Shown here piece after piece: positions 43,850 to 53,219 of a stretch of 58,521 nt of DNA. A program made the position numbers and the translations under genes. The DNA lies in IMG/VR virus record IMGVR_UViG_3300049927_000079, positions 1-58,521 of that record. One strand, given 5' to 3'. Numbering within the stretch: the stretch's first letter is position 1; each line of letters begins with the position of its first letter. The stretch comes from a virus (taxonomy: Duplodnaviria > Caudoviricetes). The notes beneath the pieces were generated by a model. It did no database searches, was not told the origin of the DNA, and saw only the letters and a list, made by a program, of their open reading frames with translations.

Positions 43850-45484
43850 CTACGGAGAGGTTGCAGCTTCTACCACAAATCGTTGCAGCGTCATGCTGTT
43901 TCCGGCAGTGCTAGCTGAGCAGAAAAGAATTGGCTGAACCACCAGCGTGCCATTCGTGACAAGATTTACCGGCTGGACAACGAATCCTGAAAGCGGTGTT
44001 TTGAAGGGTGTAAAGGCGGTTGTACTCGTGCCTTGCGCCAGGTCCAGAAAAGTATAAACGGCGGCGCTGCCAGATGCAGCCGCTGATCCTTGCATCTCAA
44101 ACGTTACTTCCATCGGAATATTGGTCATGCTTATCGAAGGAGCGGCTGCGGCTGCGGTATATACGTTTGCTCCACCCACACTCAACTGGAAACCGAAGCT
44201 CGGAGGCGAGCTGGAACTGGTAAGAGAGAATCCGAGCGTAATTTTCAACACCTTCTTTGTCGCCAGGTAATTCGCCGGGATAGTGTAGGTAGTTGCGAAA
44301 TTAGCCGTAGTATTATTCGGGCATGACACTGTGTCCGTGTTTGCTACTGAGGACGTTACGATGCCCCACAGACCCGCCGTGATAGCAGGAAATGTCTGAG
44401 TGGTCGAGTCGGTACCCGCAAGCGTTAGAGAGTTATTGATCGTCGCGGTTTTACCATCCGCCACCGTCAGGGTCGAGCTTGTGGCTGGCGCGGTAATCGC
44501 CATCTTGTTGATAGAGCTAGCCGTCGCCACGCCCAAAGTAGGAGTAGTGAAGGATGGCGATACCAGCGGAGCCAAGGAAGCCAGCGCCGTACCGGAGTCT
44601 TGGATAGCTTGGCTGCCCGCTCCAGTAATTACATTGCCCGATGTGTTGGAACTGGCTTGTGTCACCAGGCTGGCTGGGGCGATAGAAAACTTCGCGTAGG
44701 TGAGAGCGCTCCCCGCAGGACCGATTGAAGTCACCTGGGAGGTCAGCAGCCAAGAAGTGGTGGTGTTCGCCGTGCCCGATTGCACCGGGACTGTGCCGGT
44801 GTTGTTTACATCCGATGGCGTATCATAATCGATTGCTCTGGTAAAGACAGGGCTAACGCCCAGAGCGCCTACAATGGTGGCAAAGTAAACTCCATTCTGC
44901 GTTCCATCGGCCTGGTTCTTGAGCAGGACGCGTTGGCCGATGGTGTTGATAGCAATTCCGTCTAAGGTGAAAGATCCCGTAGCCGTCACGGTGAAAAAGT
45001 CTCCGATGCCCGCGCCGACTGCAGTGTAGGCGCCGACCACATTGGCGGTCGAGGCGGCAAGAACCGCTACAGCAGGATTGACTCCTGCGATTGCATTCGC
45101 CACAGCCAGGTCGGTGTAGGCGGTAGTAGAGAGTAGGGTTGAATTATTGTTCTGACTCTGAGTAGCTGCGGTTGCCGAACCAGGGAAAGCGAACGTGCTC
45201 GAAATCGAGAGTACTGGCGTCGTTGTGCCCGTAGCCACATTGATCTGATTGGCCGTACCTGTAACCGAAGTAACCGTACCGCCGCCGCCTGCACCAACCT
45301 GCGCCCACGTCCCAGACTGGCAGGTGTAGATAAATCCGCTGCCGAGAACGTTCTGCTGGTGAGCGCCTTGCGTGCAGGTTCCAGATGGGGCGGAAGTAAC
45401 ATAATCCACAAAACCAGCACCTACTACTTGCGCGGTGGCAAGACTTGTCCAAAATAAGACGATGAATATGAGTTTGCGAATCAT
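43850..45484 (-). CDS. Tail-fibre-like protein with Sec signal peptide
   Basis: MIRKLIFIVLFWTSLATA|QVVGAGFVDYVTSAPSGTC; AASTAN...TLDG......RVLLKNQ...QNGVY....TRA.DYD phage fibre motif. Confidence 0.8.
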   Translation of the reverse strand: MIRKLIFIVLFWTSLATAQVVGAGFVDYVTSAPSGTCTQGAHQQNVLGSGFIYTCQSGTWAQVGAGGGGTVTSVTGTANQINVATGTTTPVLSISSTFAFPGSATAATQSQNNNSTLLSTTAYTDLAVANAIAGVNPAVAVLAASTANVVGAYTAVGAGIGDFFTVTATGSFTLDGIAINTIGQRVLLKNQADGTQNGVYFATIVGALGVSPVFTRAIDYDTPSDVNNTGTVPVQSGTANTTTSWLLTSQVTSIGPAGSALTYAKFSIAPASLVTQASSNTSGNVITGAGSQAIQDSGTALASLAPLVSPSFTTPTLGVATASSINKMAITAPATSSTLTVADGKTATINNSLTLAGTDSTTQTFPAITAGLWGIVTSSVANTDTVSCPNNTTANFATTYTIPANYLATKKVLKITLGFSLTSSSSPPSFGFQLSVGGANVYTAAAAAPSISMTNIPMEVTFEMQGSAAASGSAAVYTFLDLAQGTSTTAFTPFKTPLSGFVVQPVNLVTNGTLVVQPILFCSASTAGNSMTLQRFVVEAATSP

Positions 45485-45495
45485 CGTGTCACATC

Positions 45496-45924
45496 CTAGC
45501 GTGTCACCAGAACATTCGTATAGACACTGTTAGTGAGCGTCTTGATATTGACCCGGATGAACTTGGCCCATAGCCAGGGCAATTCAATCCGGCCCGCGCG
45601 CCCCGTAGTGCTTACCAACGTGAGTCCTGTGGTGTCGCAGTACATCGCATCGGTATCGATGTCGGAGGTCTGCGCATCAACCTCAAACGCTCCGGGGTTT
45701 GCTGCGGCTTGGTTGACGTCGGTAAAGAAGATTTGCAGGGAGCATCCGAACGGATAGAAGTACGACATCTTGATCCGTTCCAACTGGACCGCGATACTCG
45801 CATTCCCCGCGGCGATGAGTTGCTGTTGAAAAAGCCATTGCGAAGAGTTCGCCCGAAGCAGGCTTGCTAATCCGGCGCCTGGGTAAATCCCCGGTGAAAC
45901 TGGTGGCAGCGCTCCTAGCGGCAT
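45496..45924 (-). CDS. Small beta-rich virion protein
   Basis: Q.SD.D...W.KFIRV pattern; structural operon. Confidence 0.55.
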   Translation of the reverse strand: MPLGALPPVSPGIYPGAGLASLLRANSSQWLFQQQLIAAGNASIAVQLERIKMSYFYPFGCSLQIFFTDVNQAAANPGAFEVDAQTSDIDTDAMYCDTTGLTLVSTTGRAGRIELPWLWAKFIRVNIKTLTNSVYTNVLVTR

Positions 45925-46923
45925 TTAGAACCTCCCAATATTCAACTGTCCATTGACTGTGGCGAACGGCTCACCGTTGTTGTACATATCCGGACGGTAC
46001 TTAGAGAAATAGAGTGAGACGAGATCACTGTCTCGATCCTTGACCGGCTTGATGGTCAACTTGAACTGCTCGCGCGCTTCCTGAATGATGAACTTCCAGT
46101 CCGCACCCTGCCCGCGTTGCATATCCTCGCCCTTATTCGCCTCTTTGAACATGCCCGCCACTTCTTTCGCGCGCCATACAACCGGACTCTCGGTAAGTGG
46201 GTAGGGCAAGGTGTCGTTCGGGTTCTGCAGGAGCGGACCCATGCGAAGGTACTGGTAGGTGTAAGGCAACACGCTCAAAGGGTGCGGCCACAATTCGTAC
46301 AGCATATTTCCAAACGTTGCGCTATTGGGGCGCTGGTCCTGCTCGAACGGAACAAAGTAGTTCGGGTCATCGAAGATGGTTCGCTCCGCATCCTCGACTG
46401 CGAGATCCTTCTGACTCTTGCTCCAATAATCCATCGGCCAGTCGTTCGTAGTATCCCGCGCCGACAGGAATCGCTTGAAATCCGGAACCGGGACGGGAAA
46501 GTATGCCTGGTAGATCATGTAGGTCGCAGTTGCGTTGGTCGGTTCCATCCACGGGCGGTCGAGAGTAAGTATCCCGGTCACGGGATTGATAGCGATGATG
46601 TTGTACAGCGAGTAGAACGGGCTGCGGAATTGAAGCTGCGTAAACAGCGGCATCCCGGTATAGGCCAGCCATGCGTTCTTAGCCGCGAGACTGGGCGCTA
46701 CCAAGGGAGAAAATGCCGTGACTGCAACCGTCCCTACGCTGGTTCCCGGCCCGCTAGGGAACAACAGTCCAGGAGTAAGCCAGCCCGAGGTCTTGAGTTG
46801 CCACGACCACATCTGCGAGCCGTAGATGAGTTCGAGAGCGCGGTTCAGGTACTTCTTCGCTTGCGACGAGGCTATCCCAGGGATTTCGAGCAGCATTTCC
46901 TGGATCATCGTGTTGAGCGACAT
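45925..46923 (-). CDS. Head-tail adaptor protein
   Basis: LNRAL..I....W.W N-terminus and ELWPHP...Y.Y.Y......L....D..P C-terminus. Confidence 0.65.
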   Translation of the reverse strand: MSLNTMIQEMLLEIPGIASSQAKKYLNRALELIYGSQMWSWQLKTSGWLTPGLLFPSGPGTSVGTVAVTAFSPLVAPSLAAKNAWLAYTGMPLFTQLQFRSPFYSLYNIIAINPVTGILTLDRPWMEPTNATATYMIYQAYFPVPVPDFKRFLSARDTTNDWPMDYWSKSQKDLAVEDAERTIFDDPNYFVPFEQDQRPNSATFGNMLYELWPHPLSVLPYTYQYLRMGPLLQNPNDTLPYPLTESPVVWRAKEVAGMFKEANKGEDMQRGQGADWKFIIQEAREQFKLTIKPVKDRDSDLVSLYFSKYRPDMYNNGEPFATVNGQLNIGRF

Positions 46924-46934
46924 CTTTGACTCCT

Positions 46935-46970
46935 AAAAATAATGGCGCCCTCCGCTGAGAAGGACGCCAA
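46935..46970 (-). terminator. Intrinsic terminator after the capsid genes
   Basis: GGCGTCCTTC-tcagc-GGAGGGCGCC followed by ATTATTTTT. Confidence 0.7.
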
Positions 46971-46994
46971 TCGGGGAGAGCACGCCCCCTGAAC

Positions 46995-47339
46995 TTAGTA
47001 CACGCCTCCATGCCCTTGAACAAGTACGGTCTCAGCAGAGAGGTCGGTAGTATTCGTAACTTCAGTCCCGCTTGAGATTGTGTACCACACGCCAAACCAA
47101 CTTGCTCGCGGCCCCGCTTGTGAAGGACGAAATCGCACAAGGTAAGTTCCGCTCAGTGACACTGAGGAAAAGTCAAGAGCGTCGATGTAGTTCTGGAAAC
47201 CCGGCAACTGTACCGGGTCTCCAGTAGTAGCGATGTTTGACGTGTTGGTGTAGGACTTGGGACCGACGTAGTTCCCCGCAAAGGCAAACCGCTTGCCGAT
47301 GTAGTCCGGGTAACCATGAAACAACGCAAAGAGTGACAT
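46995..47339 (-). CDS. Capsid-associated protein
   Basis: GP.SY...GD....G.EV....DLS motif; second gene after the MCP. Confidence 0.6.
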   Translation of the reverse strand: MSLFALFHGYPDYIGKRFAFAGNYVGPKSYTNTSNIATTGDPVQLPGFQNYIDALDFSSVSLSGTYLVRFRPSQAGPRASWFGVWYTISSGTEVTNTTDLSAETVLVQGHGGVY

Positions 47340-47348
47340 CGTTCCCCC

Positions 47349-47984
47349 TTACCCTTGGACCACAGGCACATACTGCAACAGAATGCGGAACAACTTGCTT
47401 ACCTGCGGCAAGTCGATAGCGATTCCAACCGAAGTCACCACTACCGCAGTAGTGCTCGCGGGCACGTCCACTACGCCAGTCGCAGCCGTGTTGATAATCG
47501 CTCCGATCGCGGGAGTGCCGGTAAAAGACGACTTGCCAAGAACCGACGCGACACCGAGTTCTTGCACGAAGCCATAGTTTCCCGGCGTGATCGAGTTCAG
47601 GAACACAACCGGCCGAAGGTCAGTCGAAAGACCGATGGCTTGGTCGTAACTGGTGACAATGTTCATCGGCGGATTCCGCGTACCGAACTTGTTGAGTGAG
47701 ACCACTGCCAGTGAAGGCATTAAGCCGATGGTGCCTGTCTTGACGTTCGCAGCCGTGGCACCTGAGTCCACCTGCACCCGGCGATAGCGGCCGGCGTACA
47801 GGATGCCATTGGTCTGATAGGAGAGGTCATTCGCCTCGGGATTCGTGAGGTCGAAGTAGTCTCCAACATTCAAGCCGCCAGCGAGGACCGGCTGCCCGGT
47901 GCGGAGGTCAGTGAAGTAAGACGGTGAAGTATCGTTAGCGGCATTCAGTGCCAGCCAAGTTGGGACAATCGGTTGATAAGGCAA
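47349..47984 (-). CDS. Capsid decoration/cement-like protein
   Basis: Directly after the MCP; GRYRRVQ and ITPGNYGFVQELG.ASV. Confidence 0.6.
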   Translation of the reverse strand: MPYQPIVPTWLALNAANDTSPSYFTDLRTGQPVLAGGLNVGDYFDLTNPEANDLSYQTNGILYAGRYRRVQVDSGATAANVKTGTIGLMPSLAVVSLNKFGTRNPPMNIVTSYDQAIGLSTDLRPVVFLNSITPGNYGFVQELGVASVLGKSSFTGTPAIGAIINTAATGVVDVPASTTAVVVTSVGIAIDLPQVSKLFRILLQYVPVVQG

Positions 47985-48032
47985 TTTATCTTCTCCCGGC
48001 GACGAGTTCGCCTATGCCGCTAATTTTTACTT

Positions 48033-49364
48033 CTACGCGCTGAATCCGAGAAGCACCTGGTTGTGTCGCGGCATCACGTTATACAGATTGGTGCCGAGAC
48101 GCATAAACAGTGCATCCATCGAAACGTTGTTAGGCATCGGTGCCCTGCGGAGCCCGAAGTTCCAACCCTTCTTGTCAGTCGGCCTCAACTTGAAGCTTCC
48201 GGATTCCAGGAAGTAGAGTACTTCGCCCACGGTGCAAGTCGCGTTCGAGGGGAAGTTGCTCCCGGTCGGAGAGGTAGCCACATTCGAGGTCACACCACCT
48301 ACCGTCTGGGTGTACTGCGGAGTCACCAGCGTTCCAGTCTGCGTGCTCGAACCTGCGCCGTCCTGCAAGTTGTTATTCCCAGACTTGCCGGCTGCCGGAG
48401 CGAGTGACAGGAAATCTCCCGCGAGTGCAGAGGGGGCGAGCGGGTCGGGATAGATCTCCATGCCATTGAACGTGACACCGTAGTAGCCGACATCGAATTT
48501 CTTCATATCGGTATTGCGGCGCTGTGCGTCGAGAGCGTTGACCACGGCAGTAAAGCCAAACACGTTGGTGATGCCCATATCTGGCTTGCCGCCCGTGACT
48601 ACAGCCTGCGCCCATCCGCGGGTAAGGGCATTGACGTCAATCTGTCCAGTCCCATTGGTCGCGAGTGCAGCAGCAGTCGCGCCGGCAGTGGTTCCGCCAA
48701 GGTACAGCGGAGTCGAATTGAGTGCTGGCCCGATAACCCCATTGCGAGTATCTCCCCCGTAAGTGGAGTAAATGTTCCCGAACGGCGACGGGTCGATACC
48801 GTTGTTCAGTCCTTCGTCGAGCCCGTTCGTATTCAGGATGCGGTTGTCTGAGATCCCCGTACCGGCCGGTTGACCGTGACGGAAACTGTCCATCTCGATC
48901 ATGGTATTCAGAGTCATGGTCATGTTTTCCATGAGAATCTGATACTGGTTCGCGATCATGGCAGGACCGGAGTTTACGACTCCGCCCGTACCGCTACCGT
49001 CATCCAGTTCCCAGTCGTCTAGGGGAACCCAGGTCGCGTAGGCTTTCGGCAGGAACTTCATGCCGGTATTGGTCTGCTGGCGAGTGACCGTGACGGTCGA
49101 ACCCGGAGCAAGAGCGGCGCCCTGCACGCGCCCGTAGATGAAGCCCTCGAACATTCCCGAGCCACCCAGGAACGGATCGAGTACGCCGGCCGCGCGCAAT
49201 TTAGCTTGGAACGGTGTATCGACAAAAAGGTTATCGAACACAACGTTCTTTCTTACTGATTCTAAATTAGTTGCGTCGATTTCCGAGTAGAGAGGGTCCG
49301 TGAGGAACGCGAAATTTAACTGGAACAGCCTCGCCAGCGTCAACAGCAGGAACTTGATAAGCAT
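48033..49364 (-). CDS. Major capsid protein
   Basis: Position after the scaffold, AGGAG RBS, I.AT.......DN.F..TP, NGL, G.P..G.T and G..GVTFNG..I.PD motifs. Confidence 0.8.
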   Translation of the reverse strand: MLIKFLLLTLARLFQLNFAFLTDPLYSEIDATNLESVRKNVVFDNLFVDTPFQAKLRAAGVLDPFLGGSGMFEGFIYGRVQGAALAPGSTVTVTRQQTNTGMKFLPKAYATWVPLDDWELDDGSGTGGVVNSGPAMIANQYQILMENMTMTLNTMIEMDSFRHGQPAGTGISDNRILNTNGLDEGLNNGIDPSPFGNIYSTYGGDTRNGVIGPALNSTPLYLGGTTAGATAAALATNGTGQIDVNALTRGWAQAVVTGGKPDMGITNVFGFTAVVNALDAQRRNTDMKKFDVGYYGVTFNGMEIYPDPLAPSALAGDFLSLAPAAGKSGNNNLQDGAGSSTQTGTLVTPQYTQTVGGVTSNVATSPTGSNFPSNATCTVGEVLYFLESGSFKLRPTDKKGWNFGLRRAPMPNNVSMDALFMRLGTNLYNVMPRHNQVLLGFSA

Positions 49365-49390
49365 TGGTCCTCTCCTGGATAACTAAACCT

Positions 49391-50209
49391 TTAGTGAACC
49401 GATTCGTTGGCGGCGATTTCCTTATGGATTTCAACCGCCGTGTTGCGATGCCGCTCCTCGCGCGATAAGCCAAGCGGGCTCGGCCGCTGCTTCGCGTCTA
49501 CCGCCTTGGTCAGAGTCGAGAATCCGGAAACCTCGGCTTGGCGGATATTCGGATTGCTGCCTACCTTCTCCGCCCACTTCTTGTCGTTCTCTTCGACGGC
49601 AGCTTTGGCGACGGCATCATCATGCGTCTTTTGCTCAGCCGCGCGCTTAGCGGATTCTTTCGCCGCAAAGTCGTACTTCTTGGCAGCGTAGGTTGCGGGG
49701 TCAAGGCGCTGCGCGGTCGCTTCGCGGATGATCGCGGTGGGGGAATCCGGCATCTCTGTGCCGAAAAGGGTGCGGTACTTCCAAGTGACGTCCGCCACGA
49801 AGGCGAAAGCGTTACCTACTTCATCCTTCAGCCCTTTGACAAATTCCGGACTACCTGTGGGTCCGGCAACAAACTTTCCATCCTCTGCTCGCGGAGGAGG
49901 CGCCGTGATCGGCGCCTTCAGGATGTCGGGAATCTTGAATCCGCCCTCTTCGGCGGCCTTCAGCGCTGCATCATAAGCGGCCATCTTTGCGGAGAGTGCG
50001 GCCTTGTCGTTGGCCCAGGCATCAAGCGCGGGGGAGATTTCAGTTTCAAACTTCTGATTCGTGGCGCGCTGCGTGAGTTCCGCTTTTTCTTGCGCCTGCT
50101 GTGCGGTCGAAAGAATTGTGGTGAATCCAGTAGTTACCTTGGCATCGAGAGCGGCGATCTGCTCATCGGAAAGTCCGGTCTCTTTCAGGATTTCGGCAAC
50201 TGTTTTCAT
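49391..50209 (-). CDS. Capsid scaffolding protein
   Basis: Ala/Lys/Glu-rich helical protein between the portal and MCP. Confidence 0.65.
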   Translation of the reverse strand: MKTVAEILKETGLSDEQIAALDAKVTTGFTTILSTAQQAQEKAELTQRATNQKFETEISPALDAWANDKAALSAKMAAYDAALKAAEEGGFKIPDILKAPITAPPPRAEDGKFVAGPTGSPEFVKGLKDEVGNAFAFVADVTWKYRTLFGTEMPDSPTAIIREATAQRLDPATYAAKKYDFAAKESAKRAAEQKTHDDAVAKAAVEENDKKWAEKVGSNPNIRQAEVSGFSTLTKAVDAKQRPSPLGLSREERHRNTAVEIHKEIAANESVH

Positions 50210-50218
50210 AGCGCCTTC

Positions 50219-50479
50219 TTATACAGGAGGATTTGAACTGGCCGGCTGCGGTGCCGGTTGGACCACCGAGGCCTGCTGCGCTTCCTGAATACCTTCGGCA
50301 GCTTTCGCGAGACCGGCAGACAGAACGGGATTCTGCGCGGCGAGAGCCTTGCACGCCTGGAACAACTTGGCGAGCATCATCTGCTCTGGATTGGCGGGAG
50401 CCCCAGACGGAGCGCCACCCCCGGCATCGGGCGATGGTGCTCCACCTTGGGTTGGATCGGGCGTGGGCTGCGAAGCCAT
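50219..50479 (-). CDS. Small Pro/Gln/Ala-rich head-morphogenesis protein
   Basis: Operon position and composition. Confidence 0.6.
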   Translation of the reverse strand: MASQPTPDPTQGGAPSPDAGGGAPSGAPANPEQMMLAKLFQACKALAAQNPVLSAGLAKAAEGIQEAQQASVVQPAPQPASSNPPV

Positions 50480-50481
50480 GT

Positions 50482-50592
50482 CTAGCGCTTGCGCCGTCCA
50501 CCTTTGTGCCGCCGGCCACCGTGCTTTTTCTTGCCCATGTGACCCTTGTGGCCACTGACAATCTTGGTGTGCTTCTTACCGCGTCGCGCCAT
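50482..50592 (-). CDS. Protamine-like basic peptide (36 aa)
   Basis: Not in the ORF track; AGGAGG RBS; MARRGKKHTKIVSGHKGHMGKKKHGGRRHKGGRRKR. Confidence 0.75.
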   Translation of the reverse strand: MARRGKKHTKIVSGHKGHMGKKKHGGRRHKGGRRKR

Positions 50593-50602
50593 GTTGCCTC
50601 CT

Positions 50603-50635
50603 AAAAGGAAACGGCTCACCGTTTCGGGTGAGCCG
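50603..50635 (-). terminator. Terminator-like hairpin directly before the RBS
   Basis: CGGCTCACC-cgaaac-GGTGAGCCG followed by TTTCCTTTT. Confidence 0.55.
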
Positions 50636-50677
50636 CTCTGCAATCCTTGGGAGGCGCTGTGCGAATCTCAGTTATGA

Positions 50678-50707
50678 CTTGTACGCTGCTGACTCTAGGC
50701 GTGTCAA
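50678..50707 (-). promoter_or_regulatory. Putative internal promoter for the head genes
   Basis: TTGACA-N18-TACAAG; weak -10 element. Confidence 0.35.
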
Positions 50708-50716
50708 ATCAAATCT

Positions 50717-50956
50717 TTATTCCCATCCGAGCAACGCGCGGATTTTCTCCGACTGCGCGTCATTCACCTTGGTGCGCTCCACCACTTTGACGGTCTGCGA
50801 GCCGCCTTGACTCATGTTGCGCTCGACCGTGATTTTCCCTGTGGTTCTTCGGTTTTTCAAGTACGCCTCGATGTCAGTCAGCGTGTGTCCGGAGTTGAAC
50901 ACAGTCTCCGTTACGAAGTAATCCTGCAAGTCGCCTTCAAGTTCTTGTTCTGCCAT
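50717..50956 (-). CDS. Hypothetical protein
   Basis: AGGAG RBS; follows the portal. Confidence 0.6.
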   Translation of the reverse strand: MAEQELEGDLQDYFVTETVFNSGHTLTDIEAYLKNRRTTGKITVERNMSQGGSQTVKVVERTKVNDAQSEKIRALLGWE

Positions 50957-50965
50957 CGCTAACTC

Positions 50966-53053
50966 CTATGAGGTTTTCACTGTGGTGCGCGGTTCCCCGC
51001 CCGCTCCACCTTTTTGCGCTACCTTGGCCGGCTTCTTATTCGAGTTCGGGCGCCCGCCGCCCTTACCTTGTCCCGGCCCGCCTTGAGGCTGAAGTCCAAG
51101 CGCGGCCATGATGCCCGCGGCTTCGGCTTGCAACTTTAGATCCTCGATTTGTTCGTTGATGTACTTCTCGCGCTCCGTGTTCCCTTTCACTTCTCCGTAG
51201 TTTTCCATCCCCACTTTTTTAAGGACCGTGGCCCAGGCAATCGGCGCGCCCTGCTTTTTCAGAGTCAGCCACTTGAGTTGGTCCTGAATCGCAGTAATCT
51301 TGAGCAGCGTGTTAGGAACGGAAATCAAGCGAATGTTTTTAGCGAACCAGCGCGCGCGCGTCACTTGCGAATATGCCGACTGCTTCATTCGCAAGGACTC
51401 GCCTTCTCCGACCATCGGGATCTCGCCGTCTACGTACTCATCGGGCATGTGGCCGGGAATAAGCGAAGTCGGGTCATAGTCGAGCACCTGCTGCGTCACG
51501 TTGTCCGAACCGATGTACTGGATGATGCGAGCCGTGTCGTACCACTGCGGGATTAGGAATTTGACCATGTAGGCAAGTTTGGCGTTTGAGCGCTCCATGC
51601 CTCCGGCGATTCCTTTAGCGATCGGCCCCACGGGTTCGAGCGCTTTTTCCAGGCTGTCGCCTTGCAGGTTCAGTTTCGCATTGGCCAGATTCGCGATGTC
51701 GTTGATGCCTAACTGCTCTTTCCGCATGTTCGCGAGGTAGTCGACCATCTTGAAGTGGATCTCAGTGACGCGAACCTCTTCCGGAAGGAGAGACTGCAGG
51801 GTATCTTTCGGCTTGCCGTCCATGCCCGCACGTTGGTCCTGCTCGAAGATGTCGAAGTTTTCAATCCCTGGACCCGATACCGCGTTGCGGTCGTAGCCCA
51901 TCGGGGGATTTAAGGTTGTGGTAATAACCTGGTCCATCTTGCGTTCGAGTTTCCGTTTGGTGGTTTCGATCGAACCTACGTCCTGAATCAGCGAGCGCCC
52001 CATCCCTTCCCAGGCCCAGTCGTCTACGTCGTACTGCACAAATGGCATCTCGCCATGCCAGTCGAACGCCGGTCCGTCGTACATCGGTTGCTTGATTCCC
52101 TTGCTGGTGATGATGAGACGCAGGTAGGGATAGATGAGGCAATCTTCCCGCTTGGCTTTGCGCGTAGACATCGAGCCGTTCTTCATGCCCGCGGGAATCT
52201 GCTGGCCAATAAAAGGAACGGTGTAGAACCAGGTTGTGCCGGGGTCTCCCATTGGCAATTCTTTTTGGTAGGGATTGATGGCAATGTCCCGGACGTAGGT
52301 GTAGCGGATCTCGCAGTAGAGATTGCCCCAGTTCCGCGCTTGGGGTCCGCCGCGGACGCGTTCGGTAAAATCCACGCGCCTTGCCTGGACGCGCGAGCGG
52401 TAACTCAGGGAACTGACCGGAACTAGTTGCGACTGGAACAACGGAAAGCGGCCGTGCGCCTCTGCGATCGGCATGTAGCTATACGCGGTATTACAGTAGG
52501 CGTCCTGAACATCGTTGGTCGAGGGAATCTGGACCGGAACCAGGTCGATTGGGCCGAGCGGTTCAAAAATGATCTTACGCTCTCCGTACCCGTAGTTTCC
52601 GGCTTTGCACTTAGGCCATAGATAGCCGCGTCCCATCACGGTCGAATATTGCAATACCTTGCGAATCTGTGCCGGGAAGAAGGATTCCAGATAGATCCCG
52701 CTGGCCACCTTGTTTTCGATGTTGGCGTAGGACTTGAACTGCGGAGCATCCGACCCGTAGGTTCCGATTTCCTGTACTTCGGAAATAGTTTCGACAAACT
52801 TGCGGATGTCGTACTTCAGCCCGTTAGAAATCAGCGTGGACTTGGTTTTGTCCTCAAACACAGCGTCGAAGATGCGAAGGTTTTTTCCCAGGTCGCGGTA
52901 GGCGCTCTGGTTTTCGAGCCAGCCTTCGCCTTCTTCAATTTGCTCGTCCACCCAACCGACACGCATACTGGGAGACGAGACGAAGCTAGGTACTTGCCAA
53001 TCCGACACCCTTTTGTCGATGCCGACCGCCCGCGATATTATCTGGGTTGACAT
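50966..53053 (-). CDS. Portal protein
   Basis: 695 aa after the terminase; G.GYL, PF..Y.....W..MG.SL..D and TTTLNPP features of P22-like portals. Confidence 0.8.
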   Translation of the reverse strand: MSTQIISRAVGIDKRVSDWQVPSFVSSPSMRVGWVDEQIEEGEGWLENQSAYRDLGKNLRIFDAVFEDKTKSTLISNGLKYDIRKFVETISEVQEIGTYGSDAPQFKSYANIENKVASGIYLESFFPAQIRKVLQYSTVMGRGYLWPKCKAGNYGYGERKIIFEPLGPIDLVPVQIPSTNDVQDAYCNTAYSYMPIAEAHGRFPLFQSQLVPVSSLSYRSRVQARRVDFTERVRGGPQARNWGNLYCEIRYTYVRDIAINPYQKELPMGDPGTTWFYTVPFIGQQIPAGMKNGSMSTRKAKREDCLIYPYLRLIITSKGIKQPMYDGPAFDWHGEMPFVQYDVDDWAWEGMGRSLIQDVGSIETTKRKLERKMDQVITTTLNPPMGYDRNAVSGPGIENFDIFEQDQRAGMDGKPKDTLQSLLPEEVRVTEIHFKMVDYLANMRKEQLGINDIANLANAKLNLQGDSLEKALEPVGPIAKGIAGGMERSNAKLAYMVKFLIPQWYDTARIIQYIGSDNVTQQVLDYDPTSLIPGHMPDEYVDGEIPMVGEGESLRMKQSAYSQVTRARWFAKNIRLISVPNTLLKITAIQDQLKWLTLKKQGAPIAWATVLKKVGMENYGEVKGNTEREKYINEQIEDLKLQAEAAGIMAALGLQPQGGPGQGKGGGRPNSNKKPAKVAQKGGAGGEPRTTVKTS

Positions 53054-53219
53054 AACCCGTGCTTCCTGTACCAGTCGGCGCGGGTTTCAGGTGGACCGGC
53101 GACCGAGGATGCGGGACACTGCAGAAGGCGCTCGCTAATTTCCGGGGTATCCTCTACTTCAACGCCCGTTCCGTGCATTCCGCAAGTACACAATTCCCGA
53201 ATCTGCTTGACGGTTTCGT

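Noticed and set aside
33808-45484. Diversity-generating retroelement or invertible fibre cassette
   Set aside because: No reverse transcriptase, no TR/VR pair and no flanking inverted repeats seen; the paralogy is limited to a diverged N-terminal module.
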